From: an uncultured Gammaproteobacteria bacterium
GTDB lineage: Bacteria > Patescibacteriota > Patescibacteriia > Magasanikbacterales > GWA2-37-8
Length of the DNA: 64,000 nt
Direction: 5' to 3'
Assembly: GCA_964355175.1 (NCBI GenBank)
Contig: CAYHBZ010000001.1
Span: 445 to 64,444, forward strand
Part shown: piece by piece, positions 19,074 to 29,475 of the stretch
Numbering within the stretch: position 1 is the first letter of the stretch
Layout: each line of letters begins with the position of its first letter
The notes under the pieces: generated by a model
Database searches by the model: none
Seen by the model: the letters and a program-made list of their open reading frames with translations, nothing else
Told to the model about the DNA's origin: nothing
Program-made: the position numbers and the translations under genes

Positions 19074-19514
19074 ATGAAAGTAGTGCTATTACAAGAAGTG
19101 AAAGGTTTGGGTAAAGCCGATGAAATAAAAGAGGTCAACGAAGGCTATGCCCGCAATTTTCTCTTCCCCAAACATTGGGCAGTGGTCGCCAAAGATAAAG
19201 CACTCAAAGAATTGAGTGATAAGAAACTAAAACAATCCAAAGATGCTGAACTTGATTTGAAGACCCAGCAAGAATTGGCCGCCAAGCTCGATGGTATCGA
19301 AATTAATATCAAAGAAAAAGCTAGTGAAGCCGGTGTTTTATACGCCGCTGTCGGTCAGGCCAAGATTATGCAGGAGCTCTCTAGACGCGGAACAAAAATT
19401 GAGCGCAATCAGCTCGAAAATAAGACTATCAAAAAAGCTGGTGAATATTCGGTAAAAGTAAAACTACGCCATGGGTTGGAGGCTGAAATCATGGTCCGAG
19501 TTGAGACCCTTTAA
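19074..19514 (+). CDS. rplI: 50S ribosomal protein L9
   Basis: MKVVLLQEVKGLGK..GYARNFLFPK. Confidence 0.97.
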   Translation: MKVVLLQEVKGLGKADEIKEVNEGYARNFLFPKHWAVVAKDKALKELSDKKLKQSKDAELDLKTQQELAAKLDGIEINIKEKASEAGVLYAAVGQAKIMQELSRRGTKIERNQLENKTIKKAGEYSVKVKLRHGLEAEIMVRVETL

Positions 19515-19568
19515 AAACGGACGAAGTAGTGTCCGTTTTTGATTTTTTATATTATATAATTAAAGTTT

Positions 19569-21200
19569 ATGAAACAAAAAACAAAATTTATTTTCGTAAT
19601 TGGTGGGGTGTTGAGCGGTGTTGGCAAAGGTGTCACGGCTGCCTCAATTGGCCGTATTTATAAAAATTATGGTTTTAATGTATCGGCGATAAAAATTGAT
19701 CCGTATATCAATGTGGATGCTGGCACGATGAATCCGGTGGAGCATGGTGAAGTGTTTGTGACCGAAGACGGCGATGAAACTGATCAAGATTTGGGCAACT
19801 ACGAACGATTTTTGGATACTAATCTGCTTTCGACCAATTATATGACTACGGGTCGCGTGTATTTGAGTGTGATTGAAAAAGAACGCTCTATGGGCTATAA
19901 AGGCCATTGTGTGCAGGTAGTGCCCCATATCCCGATGGAAATAATTGACCGCATCAAAGCCGCGGCGGAAAAAACCAAAGCCGAAATAATGGTGATTGAA
20001 ATTGGCGGTACAGTGGGTGAGTACGAAAATATTTTATTTTTGGATGCTGCCCGTATGATGAAATTGGACAATCCCGACGATGTCGCTTTTGTGTTGGTAA
20101 GTTATATGCCGGTGCCTTCGCATTTGGGTGAGATGAAGACGAAGCCCACTCAACAGGCCGCTCGTACGCTCAATAGCAGTGGTATTCAGCCGGATTTTAT
20201 TATTGCTCGCGGCAAAGAAGTGTTGGATCAGCCTCGTCGTGAAAAATTGGCTTTCTTCTGCTGGCTTCAATCCAAAGAAGATGTTATTTCCGCTCCGGAT
20301 GTGGCTAGTATTTACGAAATTCCAGCAGTTTTGGAAAAACAAAATTTTGGAAAATTATTGGCCAAGCGTTTGAAAATAAAATTAAATCGCGCCAATAAAA
20401 GTGGGGAGTGGAATAAATTTATTTCCCGCATGAAGAGTCCAAAGAAAACTATTAAAGTGGCGGTCGTAGGTAAATATTTTGCCACCGGTGATTACACTTT
20501 GTCCGATTCTTATATTTCGGTAATTCAAGCGGTGAAACATGCCGCCTGGAGTGTGGGAGCGGAAGCGGATATGACTTGGCTCGATAGTGAAGATTACGAA
20601 AAAGATAAAGGTGCGGTAAAGAATTTGGGTCAGTATGACGCTTTGATTGTGCCGGGTGGATTTGGCACACGCGGTATTGAAGGTATTATCAACGCTATCC
20701 GATTTGCGCGCGAAAATAATCTGCCATATCTAGGCTTGTGCTATGGTATGCAATTGGCCACTATCGAATTTGCTCGCAATGTGCTCGGTGTAAAAGACGC
20801 TCATACGGTGGAAGTAAATCCAAAAACAACTAATCCTATAATCCATATCAATCCAATGCAAGCGCAAAATGTTAGCAAGAATCGCTATGGCGGCACAATG
20901 CGTTTGGGAGCCTATGACTGTGTATTAAAAGCCGGTACCAAGACCGCCAAAGCTTATGGTGAAAATAAAATTTCCGAACGTCATCGTCATCGTTATGAAT
21001 TTAATAATGATTATAAAAAAGCCATTGATGATGCCGGTTTAAAAATTGTCGGCGTGAATAAAGAAAAAGATTTGGTAGAGATAGTTGAATTAGTAGATCA
21101 TCCATTTTTTGTCGGAACTCAATTCCATCCGGAGTTAAAATCACGTCCAACCAGTCCGCATCCTTTGTTTGTGGGCTTGATGAAAGCGGCGATTAAATAA
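19569..21200 (+). CDS. pyrG: CTP synthase
   Basis: GGVLSGVGKG, KIDPYINVDAGTMNP, GLCYGMQ, TQFHPE. Confidence 0.98.
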   Translation: MKQKTKFIFVIGGVLSGVGKGVTAASIGRIYKNYGFNVSAIKIDPYINVDAGTMNPVEHGEVFVTEDGDETDQDLGNYERFLDTNLLSTNYMTTGRVYLSVIEKERSMGYKGHCVQVVPHIPMEIIDRIKAAAEKTKAEIMVIEIGGTVGEYENILFLDAARMMKLDNPDDVAFVLVSYMPVPSHLGEMKTKPTQQAARTLNSSGIQPDFIIARGKEVLDQPRREKLAFFCWLQSKEDVISAPDVASIYEIPAVLEKQNFGKLLAKRLKIKLNRANKSGEWNKFISRMKSPKKTIKVAVVGKYFATGDYTLSDSYISVIQAVKHAAWSVGAEADMTWLDSEDYEKDKGAVKNLGQYDALIVPGGFGTRGIEGIINAIRFARENNLPYLGLCYGMQLATIEFARNVLGVKDAHTVEVNPKTTNPIIHINPMQAQNVSKNRYGGTMRLGAYDCVLKAGTKTAKAYGENKISERHRHRYEFNNDYKKAIDDAGLKIVGVNKEKDLVEIVELVDHPFFVGTQFHPELKSRPTSPHPLFVGLMKAAIK

Positions 21201-21235
21201 TAATGGAAATATCTCATTCTATCTAAACCTGTATT

Positions 21236-22270
21236 ATGAACCTCAAACAATACTTTAAAGACGCTATTGATAACAATGCTTCTGATTTACATTTGGTAGG
21301 CGGTGAAATGCCGATGATCAGGGTGGAAGGGGAGCTAAAAGTACTGGAAACCAAACAATTATCAGCCAAAGAATTGCAGGTCGCCATATTTGAAGAGATG
21401 CTGAGTAAAGAACAAAAAGATCGTTATCTTGAAGAACAAGAATTAGATTTTAGCTACGAGCAAGACGGTGAGCGTTTTCGTGTAAATCTGCATCAGCAGA
21501 CCGATGTGGTGGGATTGGCCGCACGCCTTATCCCGGCCGAAATTCCTAGCCCAAAAGAATTAGTTTTTGAGCCGGCTCTGTTGCGGGTGCCACAAACTTT
21601 AGACGGCTTGGTGTTGGTCACCGGTCCTACTGGTTGTGGTAAATCTACCACCTTGGCCGCTATTATTGAAGAAATAAATAAAACCCGCAAAGCTCATATC
21701 GTGACTATTGAAGACCCGATAGAATTTTTGTTTAAAGATAAAGAAAGTCTTATTGAACAGCGCGAGGTTGGAGTAGATACCAAATCTTTTGCGACCGCGC
21801 TTAAACATGTTTTGCGTCAGGATCCAAATGTGATCTTGGTAGGGGAAATGCGCGATCCAGAAACTATCGCTACCGTACTTACTGCAGCTGAAACCGGTCA
21901 CTTGGTACTTTCTACTTTGCACACCAGCACTGCCGCCGAGGCAATAGAGCGTATTGTGGATGCTTTCGACGGTTCTCGTCAAAAACAAGTTTTGATTCAG
22001 TTGTCGGCTGTACTGAAAATGGTGGTAGCGCAACAGCTTTTGCCCAGTGTGGACGGCGGTCGTGTGCCGGCTCGTGAAATTTTGGTAAATACTCCGGCCG
22101 TGTCGAATCTTATTAAAGAAAATAATATTAGTCAGATCAAATCCACTATCCAAATCGGCGCCAAAGATGGTATGGTGAGTATGGAAAATTCTATCAAGCA
22201 ATTGTTAAAAGATGGTTTAATTTCTGCTGATATTGCCGCCAAACGCTCCGGTCGTGACAAAAAGGTTTAG
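21236..22270 (+). CDS. pilT: Type IV pilus retraction ATPase PilT family
   Basis: ASDLHL, GPTGCGKSTT, TIEDPIE, LRQDPNVILVGEMRD, TGHLVLSTLH. Confidence 0.9.
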   Translation: MNLKQYFKDAIDNNASDLHLVGGEMPMIRVEGELKVLETKQLSAKELQVAIFEEMLSKEQKDRYLEEQELDFSYEQDGERFRVNLHQQTDVVGLAARLIPAEIPSPKELVFEPALLRVPQTLDGLVLVTGPTGCGKSTTLAAIIEEINKTRKAHIVTIEDPIEFLFKDKESLIEQREVGVDTKSFATALKHVLRQDPNVILVGEMRDPETIATVLTAAETGHLVLSTLHTSTAAEAIERIVDAFDGSRQKQVLIQLSAVLKMVVAQQLLPSVDGGRVPAREILVNTPAVSNLIKENNISQIKSTIQIGAKDGMVSMENSIKQLLKDGLISADIAAKRSGRDKKV

Positions 22271-22272
22271 TT

Positions 22273-23727
22273 ATGGATATTTTTAAAGTAATAAAAAAAA
22301 TTAACACTCTATCCAAAAAAGAAAAAACTCCGGTATATGCCGTGGGTGGTTTTGTGCGTGACTATCTGCTCGGACGCGATCAAAAAAAAGATGTGGATTT
22401 TGTGGTGGTTGGAAGTGGTTTGGAATTCGCCAAAAAATTTGATGTTTATCTCAAAGAAGTGGGTAGTCTAGTGGAATTCCCGGATTTTGATACGGCCCGC
22501 TATGTTTTTGAAGATAAAAAAGGAAATCTGGTGATAGAATTTGCCGGTGCCCGATCGGAAAATTATGATGCAAATTCTCGCAAACCAAAAGTAGAATCAG
22601 CCACCTTGGCGACCGACCTTTCCCGCCGTGATTTTACGGTCAATGCTATGGCCGTGCCGGTAGCCGCTTTTTCTGGATTGCTCAGACCAAGTATGGCCAA
22701 AATAAAATCTCAAGTAGTAGATTTATTCAATGGCCAAGCTGATCTTTCAGAAGCGGTATTGCGCACACCACTTGATCCGGACGCTACTTTTAGTGACGAT
22801 CCTTTGCGTATGATGAGAGCAATTCGTTTTGCCGGACAGCTGGAATTTGGTATTGATATCAAAACTCTGGAATCAATTCACAAAAATCGCGAGCGTCTAA
22901 AAATAATTTCAGCCGAGCGCGTGCAAGAAGAGTTGATGAAAATGATGGCGGTAAAACAACCATCGGTTTGTTTAAATTTGCTTTTTCAGACCAAATTATT
23001 GGATATTATCTTGCCGGAAGTAGTGGCTCTAGATGGTGTGGAAGAAATTTTTGGTCATCAACATAAAAATAATCTTATCCATAGTTTTAAAGTGGTGGAT
23101 AATATCGCAATTCGCAGTGCCAAGCCGCTATTGCGTTTGGCGGGATTATTACATGATATTGGCAAGCCAAAAACCAAAAAATTTATGCCTAAAATCGGCT
23201 GGACTTTTCATGCTCATGAATTTGTAGGCGAGAAAATGATGAAAGTTATCGGCCGTCGTTTGAAATTTGCCAATAACGATACTGCCTATCTGGCGAAACT
23301 AGTTCGCTGGCATATGCAACCAATTAATCTCATGGATGACGAAATTACCGACTCAGCTGTGCGCCGATTGATCGTGGATCTGGATGATGACCTCGATGAT
23401 CTTTTGATTTTGGGACAAAGTGATATCACTACCGGCAATCCCTATAAAAAAGAAAAGCGTTTGAAAAATTATGATCACCTAAAAGAAAAAATTACTTTGG
23501 TAATGGAGCGTGATAAAATGCGTGCTTTTCAGTCGCCGGTGCGCGGAGAAGAAATCATGCGCTTGTGTGGACTCAAGCCCGGCCCTACTGTAGGTAAAAT
23601 AAAAGAAGATATCGAAGAGGCGATATTGGACGGTAAAATCGATAATACTTACGAAGCCGCCAGCGGTTATTTTCTTGGCATTAAAGATAAATACCTCAAA
23701 GACGCCCGGGATTGGGAAAAGGTTTAA
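22273..23727 (+). CDS. cca: CCA tRNA nucleotidyltransferase with HD domain
   Basis: VGGFVRD..DVD, DLSRRDFTVNAMA, DDPLRMMRAIRF, LLHDIGK. Confidence 0.9.
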   Translation: MDIFKVIKKINTLSKKEKTPVYAVGGFVRDYLLGRDQKKDVDFVVVGSGLEFAKKFDVYLKEVGSLVEFPDFDTARYVFEDKKGNLVIEFAGARSENYDANSRKPKVESATLATDLSRRDFTVNAMAVPVAAFSGLLRPSMAKIKSQVVDLFNGQADLSEAVLRTPLDPDATFSDDPLRMMRAIRFAGQLEFGIDIKTLESIHKNRERLKIISAERVQEELMKMMAVKQPSVCLNLLFQTKLLDIILPEVVALDGVEEIFGHQHKNNLIHSFKVVDNIAIRSAKPLLRLAGLLHDIGKPKTKKFMPKIGWTFHAHEFVGEKMMKVIGRRLKFANNDTAYLAKLVRWHMQPINLMDDEITDSAVRRLIVDLDDDLDDLLILGQSDITTGNPYKKEKRLKNYDHLKEKITLVMERDKMRAFQSPVRGEEIMRLCGLKPGPTVGKIKEDIEEAILDGKIDNTYEAASGYFLGIKDKYLKDARDWEKV

Positions 23728-23752
23728 TTATTCAAATTAACTTAAAATAATT

Positions 23753-25345
23753 ATGTCGTTTTTTAAAACCAAAAAATTCTATATCGGATTGGTCGTAGTG
23801 CTGGCGCTTGGCGGTTATGGAATTTACCGTAATAATGTGGCCAAAAAAACTGTGGCGTATGATACCGCCAAGGTAGAACAGGGAATGTTGGCACAGAGTG
23901 TGGACGCTACCGGACAAATTCAGTCGGCCAATGATGTCTCCCTAAAATTTGAAATTCCAGGAATTCTCAGTGCGGTCAATGTCAAAGAAGGTGCTCAGGT
24001 GAAAGCCGGTCAAGTTTTGGTTTCTTTGCGTTTGAGTGAACTCAATGCGGCCGTAGCCCAAGCTCAGGCGAATCTAAATAAACAGTTGGCCGGCGCTACT
24101 CCCGATTATATTGCTCAGCTTCAAGCCTCGCTCGATAAAGCCAAAAATGATCTCACTCAGGCCAAAGGAAATGGTAACGATGCCGAGGGAAGTAAATTAG
24201 TGCAAAATACCTATGATGATTTATTGATTTCATTACAATCTATGCAGGTTGTTTTGGCTTCTTCTCTCACTTCAGCGGACAATATTTTAGGTATTGATAA
24301 TACTTTAGGCAACAATAGTTTTAAAAGTTATTTGTCTATTTTAAATACCGAGTATTTAAATAAGGCTAATAGTAGTTATTTGGAAGCAAAAGAGGCAAAG
24401 CTGGCTTTTGATTTGTCTATAAATAATCTCACCAAAGCATCAACTCACGCTGAAATTGATTTTTCTTCCGCTAAATCAGAAAGTGCTATAGTAAAGATGA
24501 AAAATTTACTTTATTATGTTTCTTTGGTGTTGGACAATACTCCTCCGGTGGGCACACTTTCTCAGGCTACTTTGGATACAATGAAGAGCGGTATCCAATC
24601 CGCGCGCACTGATTTAAATTTAAAATACGCGACATTAAACGCTGATATTCACGATATCGTGACTGCTCGTAATAATTATGCCTCTTACCAAACTCTTGTC
24701 GAAAAAGCTCAGGCCGCCCTCAAAGACGCGCAGAATCCACCGCGCGAAGTGGATGTGGCTTCATATCGAGCGGCCGTAGCGCAAGCGGTGGCTAGTCGCA
24801 ATAAAGCAATTATTACCGCGCCAATAGACGGAATTATTACTAAAGTAAATTACAAAGTGGGTGAATCGGTCAGTGGGGCCGATGAAGTTATCAAACTTTT
24901 GTCTCCGCATTATGAAATTCAAGTAGATGTTTCCGAAACCGATATTGCCAAAATTAAATTAGGACAGGCTGTAGCGATGACGCTCGACGCTTTTGGAGAA
25001 GATATAAAATTTAGCGGAAAAGTTTTTAATATTGATCCGGGATCTACAAATGTCCAAGATGTTGTCTATTACAAAGTAAAAATTTCTTTGGACGATAGCG
25101 ACAAGCCGGTCAAGCCGGGCATGACTGCCAATGTCAGTATTTTGACTGACAAACGCGATAACACTCTCTTCATACCTTCCCGCGCCGTTATTACTACTGG
25201 TGATCAGAAACAAGTAAAAATATTACAAAATAATCAGGCGGTCACCACTACTATAAAATTAGGAATAAAAGGTGACGACGGCAAAGTGGAAGTACTCGAA
25301 GGCTTGTCGGCCGGACAAGAAATAATTTTGGGTGTCAAACAATAA
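23753..25345 (+). CDS. MacA-like periplasmic adaptor with extended coiled coil
   Basis: TM anchor, lipoyl halves, ITAPIDGII, VSETDIAKIKLGQ, PGMTANVSI. Confidence 0.9.
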   Translation: MSFFKTKKFYIGLVVVLALGGYGIYRNNVAKKTVAYDTAKVEQGMLAQSVDATGQIQSANDVSLKFEIPGILSAVNVKEGAQVKAGQVLVSLRLSELNAAVAQAQANLNKQLAGATPDYIAQLQASLDKAKNDLTQAKGNGNDAEGSKLVQNTYDDLLISLQSMQVVLASSLTSADNILGIDNTLGNNSFKSYLSILNTEYLNKANSSYLEAKEAKLAFDLSINNLTKASTHAEIDFSSAKSESAIVKMKNLLYYVSLVLDNTPPVGTLSQATLDTMKSGIQSARTDLNLKYATLNADIHDIVTARNNYASYQTLVEKAQAALKDAQNPPREVDVASYRAAVAQAVASRNKAIITAPIDGIITKVNYKVGESVSGADEVIKLLSPHYEIQVDVSETDIAKIKLGQAVAMTLDAFGEDIKFSGKVFNIDPGSTNVQDVVYYKVKISLDDSDKPVKPGMTANVSILTDKRDNTLFIPSRAVITTGDQKQVKILQNNQAVTTTIKLGIKGDDGKVEVLEGLSAGQEIILGVKQ

Positions 25346-25346
25346 T

Positions 25347-26069
25347 ATGGCCTTGATAGAATTAAAAAATGTTTCCAAAGATTATCAAAATGAAGAAATA
25401 GTGACACCAGTTTTGCATGATCTGAATTTTAATATTCAAAAAGGAGAGTTTGTTGCTATCATGGGTCCAAGCGGCTCTGGGAAATCTACGCTGATGCATA
25501 TTTTGGGATTTTTGGATAAAATTACCAAGGGAGAATTTCTGTTTGAAGGCAAAGACGTTAGCACTTTGTCCGACGATGATTTGGCTGTGATGCGTGGCAA
25601 GTCCATTGGTTTTGTGTTTCAAGCTTTTCATCTTTTGCCTCGTACTACGGTGCTCGAAAATGTAATGTTGCCTTTGATCTATTCACAAGTGCCGGCCGAG
25701 GACAGAATAGTCCGTGCCAAAGCGGCGCTGGACTCGGTGGGGCTTTCTCATCGTTTGGATTTTTCTCCTAGCCAGCTCTCGGGTGGTGAAAAACAGCGTG
25801 TGGCAATTGCGCGTGCTTTGGTAAATAATCCCAGTGTGATTTTTGCGGATGAACCAACGGGAAATTTGGATTCCAAATCCGGTTTGCAAGTAATGAAAAT
25901 TTTACAGAATTTAAATGACCAAGGTCATACCATTATTTTGGTAACTCACGAAAAGTATACCGCTGATCACTCTAAAAGAATTTTGCGCATTAAAGACGGC
26001 GAGATAGTGAGTGATGAAAAAGTAGTAAATAGACAGCTGGCGACAGAATCCACTGATTTAATTAAGTAG
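25347..26069 (+). CDS. MacB/LolD-type ABC ATP-binding protein
   Basis: [33 protein letters not shown]; likely ATG at 25347. Confidence 0.95.
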   Translation: MALIELKNVSKDYQNEEIVTPVLHDLNFNIQKGEFVAIMGPSGSGKSTLMHILGFLDKITKGEFLFEGKDVSTLSDDDLAVMRGKSIGFVFQAFHLLPRTTVLENVMLPLIYSQVPAEDRIVRAKAALDSVGLSHRLDFSPSQLSGGEKQRVAIARALVNNPSVIFADEPTGNLDSKSGLQVMKILQNLNDQGHTIILVTHEKYTADHSKRILRIKDGEIVSDEKVVNRQLATESTDLIK

Positions 26070-26166
26070 TTGTCATCCCGAGCGTAGCGAGGGATCCATT
26101 AACAATTGTCATCCCGAATGAAATGAGGGATCTGAAAAGATTTCTCACATTCGTTCGGAATGACAA
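26070..26166. repeat. REP-like cluster (GTCATCCCG...GGGATC units: two direct, one inverted)
   Basis: TTGTCATCCCGAGCGTAGCGAGGGATC (26070), TTGTCATCCCGAATGAAATGAGGGATCT (26106), inverted AGATTTCTCACATTCGTTCGGAATGACAA (26138). Confidence 0.75.
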
Positions 26167-26172
26167 AATATT

Positions 26173-27411
26173 ATGAATTTTATCGAAAATATTAAAACTG
26201 TGTGGCTCAGTATCATGCGTAATAAAGTCCGTTCGTTTTTGACAATGCTTGGGATTATTATTGGCATCATGTCAGTAATCGTGATTATGTCAGTGGGTGC
26301 CGGTGCTCAGAGTCTTATTCTCAATCAAATCAAAAGTCTTGGTTCCAATCTGATCGGTGTTTTGCCGGGAAAATCGGATGAAAAAGGTCCGCCGGCTTCT
26401 GCGATGGGTATTGTGATCACCTCTCTCAAAGCCAATGATATAGAAGCTGTATTAAAAGACAGTTCGTCACATTTTTTAGCCGGTACCGGCTATGTCCGTG
26501 GTAGTGACACTGTGACTTGGGATGGAAATAAAATCGATACTAGCTTTGTCGGTGTTTCGGCTGATTATCCCAATGTGGAAGACGCGCCGTTGGCGGGGGG
26601 TAGATTTTTTTCCGAGGATGAAGATAAATCGCTTGGCAGGGTAGCGATAGTGGGTAGTCAGGTAGTAAAAGATTTATTTGGTCAAAATGATCCTTTAGGA
26701 AAAGATATTAAAATAAAAAAATCAAATTTTACAATAATCGGTACAATGAAAGAGCGTGGGATGAGTGGTTTCCAAAATCAAGACAATCAAATTTTTGTAC
26801 CGCTTAGTACCGCTCAAAAAATTCTTTTGGGTATAGACTATGTCAGCTTCGCGCGTTTCAAAGTAGACAATGCCAATGAGGTGGATAGTAGTATGGAGCG
26901 GGTGCGTGAAATTTTGCGCGATCGTCATGAGGTGTCGAATCCGGACAACGATGATTTTTCCGTGCGCTCTATGGCACAGGGTTTAGATGCTATCACCAAT
27001 GTCACGAACGCGCTCAAAATGTTTCTCACTGCTATCGCGGCCATTGCTTTGGCGGTAGGTGGTATTGGTATTATGAATATTATGTTGGCGGCGGTGCAGG
27101 AGCGCACGCGTGAGATTGGTCTACGCAAAGCCGTGGGTGCCAAAAACAAAGATATAGTTTTTCAATTTTTGACCGAGTCCGCAATGATTACTTTTATCGG
27201 CGGTGTGTTTGGAATTATTTTAGGCGCGCTAATTTCTTTTATTGTTTCTCAGGTAGCGGTCTCGATGGGCTATGATTGGGATTTTGTAATTTCTTTTTCT
27301 TCTATCCTTGTGGCTACGCTAGTATCGATAGCGGTCGGTTTGGTATTTGGTATTATTCCGGCACGACGCGCGGCCAAGTTAAATCCTATTGAAGCTCTGA
27401 GATATGAATAA
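26173..27411 (+). CDS. MacB/FtsX-family ABC permease
   Basis: RSFLTMLGIIIG, GGIGIMNIM..V.ERTREIGLRKAVGA, PIEALRYE. Confidence 0.95.
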   Translation: MNFIENIKTVWLSIMRNKVRSFLTMLGIIIGIMSVIVIMSVGAGAQSLILNQIKSLGSNLIGVLPGKSDEKGPPASAMGIVITSLKANDIEAVLKDSSSHFLAGTGYVRGSDTVTWDGNKIDTSFVGVSADYPNVEDAPLAGGRFFSEDEDKSLGRVAIVGSQVVKDLFGQNDPLGKDIKIKKSNFTIIGTMKERGMSGFQNQDNQIFVPLSTAQKILLGIDYVSFARFKVDNANEVDSSMERVREILRDRHEVSNPDNDDFSVRSMAQGLDAITNVTNALKMFLTAIAAIALAVGGIGIMNIMLAAVQERTREIGLRKAVGAKNKDIVFQFLTESAMITFIGGVFGIILGALISFIVSQVAVSMGYDWDFVISFSSILVATLVSIAVGLVFGIIPARRAAKLNPIEALRYE

Positions 27412-28654
27412 TATTATCAGCTCAATCAAAATGGCTTTCACCGCTTTGCTGGCTCAGCGCACGCGTTCTATTTTGACTATTCTCGGCATCTCTATCGGTA
27501 TCGCTATTGTTATTACTATTATGGCCGCCGGTCGTGGACTTGATAAATTTGTTTTGGGAGAGCTGGACGCTTTTTCTCCGGACGCGCTTAGTATTGAAAC
27601 CAAGATTCCGAGTGTTGGTAAAAATTCTACGGATAATTCCGCTGGACAGTCTACCGGTATTACCATTACTTCCTTGAAAGATAGAGATATAGAAGATATA
27701 AAAAAACACCCCAACATTGCCTCGGCCTATGGCTGGGTGATTGGTCAAGGGGTAGTGAGCTATGCCGGATTGGACAAGACCCTTACTTTGATGGGCGAGG
27801 GCTATACTTTGCCTGATGTAGAAAAGTTTGATTTATCCGATGGTCGCATGTTTACGCGGGAAGAAGAATATGGATTGCAACAAGTGGCTGTACTTGGGTA
27901 TACCGTAAAAAATGATTTGTTTGGACAAAACGAAGCGGTCGGACAAAATATTTATATCAAGGGCAAACCTTTTCGGGTAGTTGGTGTAGCGGCCAAACGC
28001 GGCGCGGCTTTTTTTATGGATATGGATAATGTAATAATTATTCCTACCAAGACCATGCAAAAAAGAATTTTGGGTATAGATTATGTGCGCTCAATTATGG
28101 CTAGGATGAAAGATGGTACCAAGGTGGATCAGACTGTAGCCGATCTTACTGTCATATTGCGCGAGAATCACGAAATTACCGATCCAAATAAAGATGATTT
28201 TGCCGTAAGTTCTATGGCCGAAGCCCGTGATACTTTGGGTTCAGTGGTCCAAGGCGTGACTTTTTTATTAGTAGCCTTAGTCTGCATTTCGCTCATCGTT
28301 GGTGGCGTGGGAATTATGAATATTATGTATGTATCGGTGACAGAGCGCACTTTTGAAATCGGTCTGCGCAAAGCCGTGGGTGCTAAAAATAAAGATATTT
28401 TATTGCAGTTTCTTAGCGAAGCGGTATTACTTACTTTTCTGGGAGGAGTATTTGGAATTATCTTTGGTGTACTCATAGCTCTGTTAATTTATTTTGTCGC
28501 TACGGCCAATAATTTTAAATGGGTTTTTTCTATTCCACTTTCTTCTATTATTTTATCACTTGGTTTTTCCGCTTTTATCGGAATTGTCTTCGGTCTTTAT
28601 CCGGCCAAACGCGCAGCTAATATGGATCCAATTGAAGCGCTAAGAAAAGAATAA
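27404..28654 (+). CDS. MacB/FtsX-family ABC permease (paralog)
   Basis: RSILTILGISIG, GGVGIMNIM..ERTFEIGLRKAVGA, PIEALRKE. Confidence 0.95.
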   Translation: MNNIISSIKMAFTALLAQRTRSILTILGISIGIAIVITIMAAGRGLDKFVLGELDAFSPDALSIETKIPSVGKNSTDNSAGQSTGITITSLKDRDIEDIKKHPNIASAYGWVIGQGVVSYAGLDKTLTLMGEGYTLPDVEKFDLSDGRMFTREEEYGLQQVAVLGYTVKNDLFGQNEAVGQNIYIKGKPFRVVGVAAKRGAAFFMDMDNVIIIPTKTMQKRILGIDYVRSIMARMKDGTKVDQTVADLTVILRENHEITDPNKDDFAVSSMAEARDTLGSVVQGVTFLLVALVCISLIVGGVGIMNIMYVSVTERTFEIGLRKAVGAKNKDILLQFLSEAVLLTFLGGVFGIIFGVLIALLIYFVATANNFKWVFSIPLSSIILSLGFSAFIGIVFGLYPAKRAANMDPIEALRKE

Positions 28655-28687
28655 TTTTTATTTGTCGTCCCAAAATTTGTCATCAAT

Positions 28688-28715
28688 TTGTCATCCCGAA
28701 TAAAATGAGGGATCT
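28688..28715 (+). repeat. Single REP-like unit, same family as 26070-26166
   Basis: TTGTCATCCCGAATAAAATGAGGGATCT, one mismatch to the 26106 unit. Confidence 0.75.
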
Positions 28716-28723
28716 TTGTAAAT

Positions 28724-29335
28724 ATGAAAAATAATTTTAATACAATACCAGAAGTCATTGAAGAAATAAAAAATGGCGGTATGGTGCTGGTGCTCGATGA
28801 TGAAGACCGAGAAAATGAAGGCGACCTCATAGTTGCCGCGCAAAAAGTAACAGCGGCCCACATAAATTTTATGGCCACCTATGGTCGTGGGATTATTTGT
28901 GTGCCGATGAGTGGCGAAATTTTGGATAGATTGGATTTGCCGTTGATGGTAAAAAATAATCAAGATTCATTTGGCACAGCTTGGACCGTTACGGTGGATG
29001 CTAAAGAGGATGTTGATACTGGTGCTTCTGCTTTTGATCGGGCCAAAACTATTCAGGTGCTTATCAATCCTAATACCAAACCACAAGATTTGGATCGTCC
29101 TGGCCACACTTTTCCTCTGCGTGCGCATCCGGGTGGCGTATTGGCTCGACCCGGTCATACTGAAGCAGCTGTTGAATTAGCGCGTTTGGCCGGTCTTTCT
29201 CCGGCTGGAGCGATTTGCGAAATTATGAATGAAGATGGCACTATGGCACGCGCCCCAGAATTATTTGCATTTTCACGCAAATATAATTTAAAAATTTGCA
29301 CTATAAAAGATTTCATTGAATTTTTAAAAAAATAA
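28724..29335 (+). CDS. ribB: 3,4-dihydroxy-2-butanone-4-phosphate synthase
   Basis: DDEDRENEGDL, RPGHTFPL, GHTEA, ICEIMNEDGTMAR. Confidence 0.97.
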   Translation: MKNNFNTIPEVIEEIKNGGMVLVLDDEDRENEGDLIVAAQKVTAAHINFMATYGRGIICVPMSGEILDRLDLPLMVKNNQDSFGTAWTVTVDAKEDVDTGASAFDRAKTIQVLINPNTKPQDLDRPGHTFPLRAHPGGVLARPGHTEAAVELARLAGLSPAGAICEIMNEDGTMARAPELFAFSRKYNLKICTIKDFIEFLKK

Positions 29336-29475
29336 TATTAACAAAAAATCTCTCGATTAATATCAAGAGATTTTATTTTTTTAAGACTGCTACTACTGTA
29401 AATACAAAATTTATATTCACAGTGGTTGGAGCAGTCTTGAAACTCTCGCGGTTGTACCCACCTCGATGGCTCGAG

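Noticed and set aside
26070-26166. Mini-CRISPR interpretation of the repeat cluster
   Set aside because: Spacers are only 4-9 nt, one unit is inverted, and units are divergent; this fits REP-like elements
29381-29441. Integron attC site
   Set aside because: Lacks RYYYAAC/GTTRRRY ends, and there is no tyrosine integrase in the window
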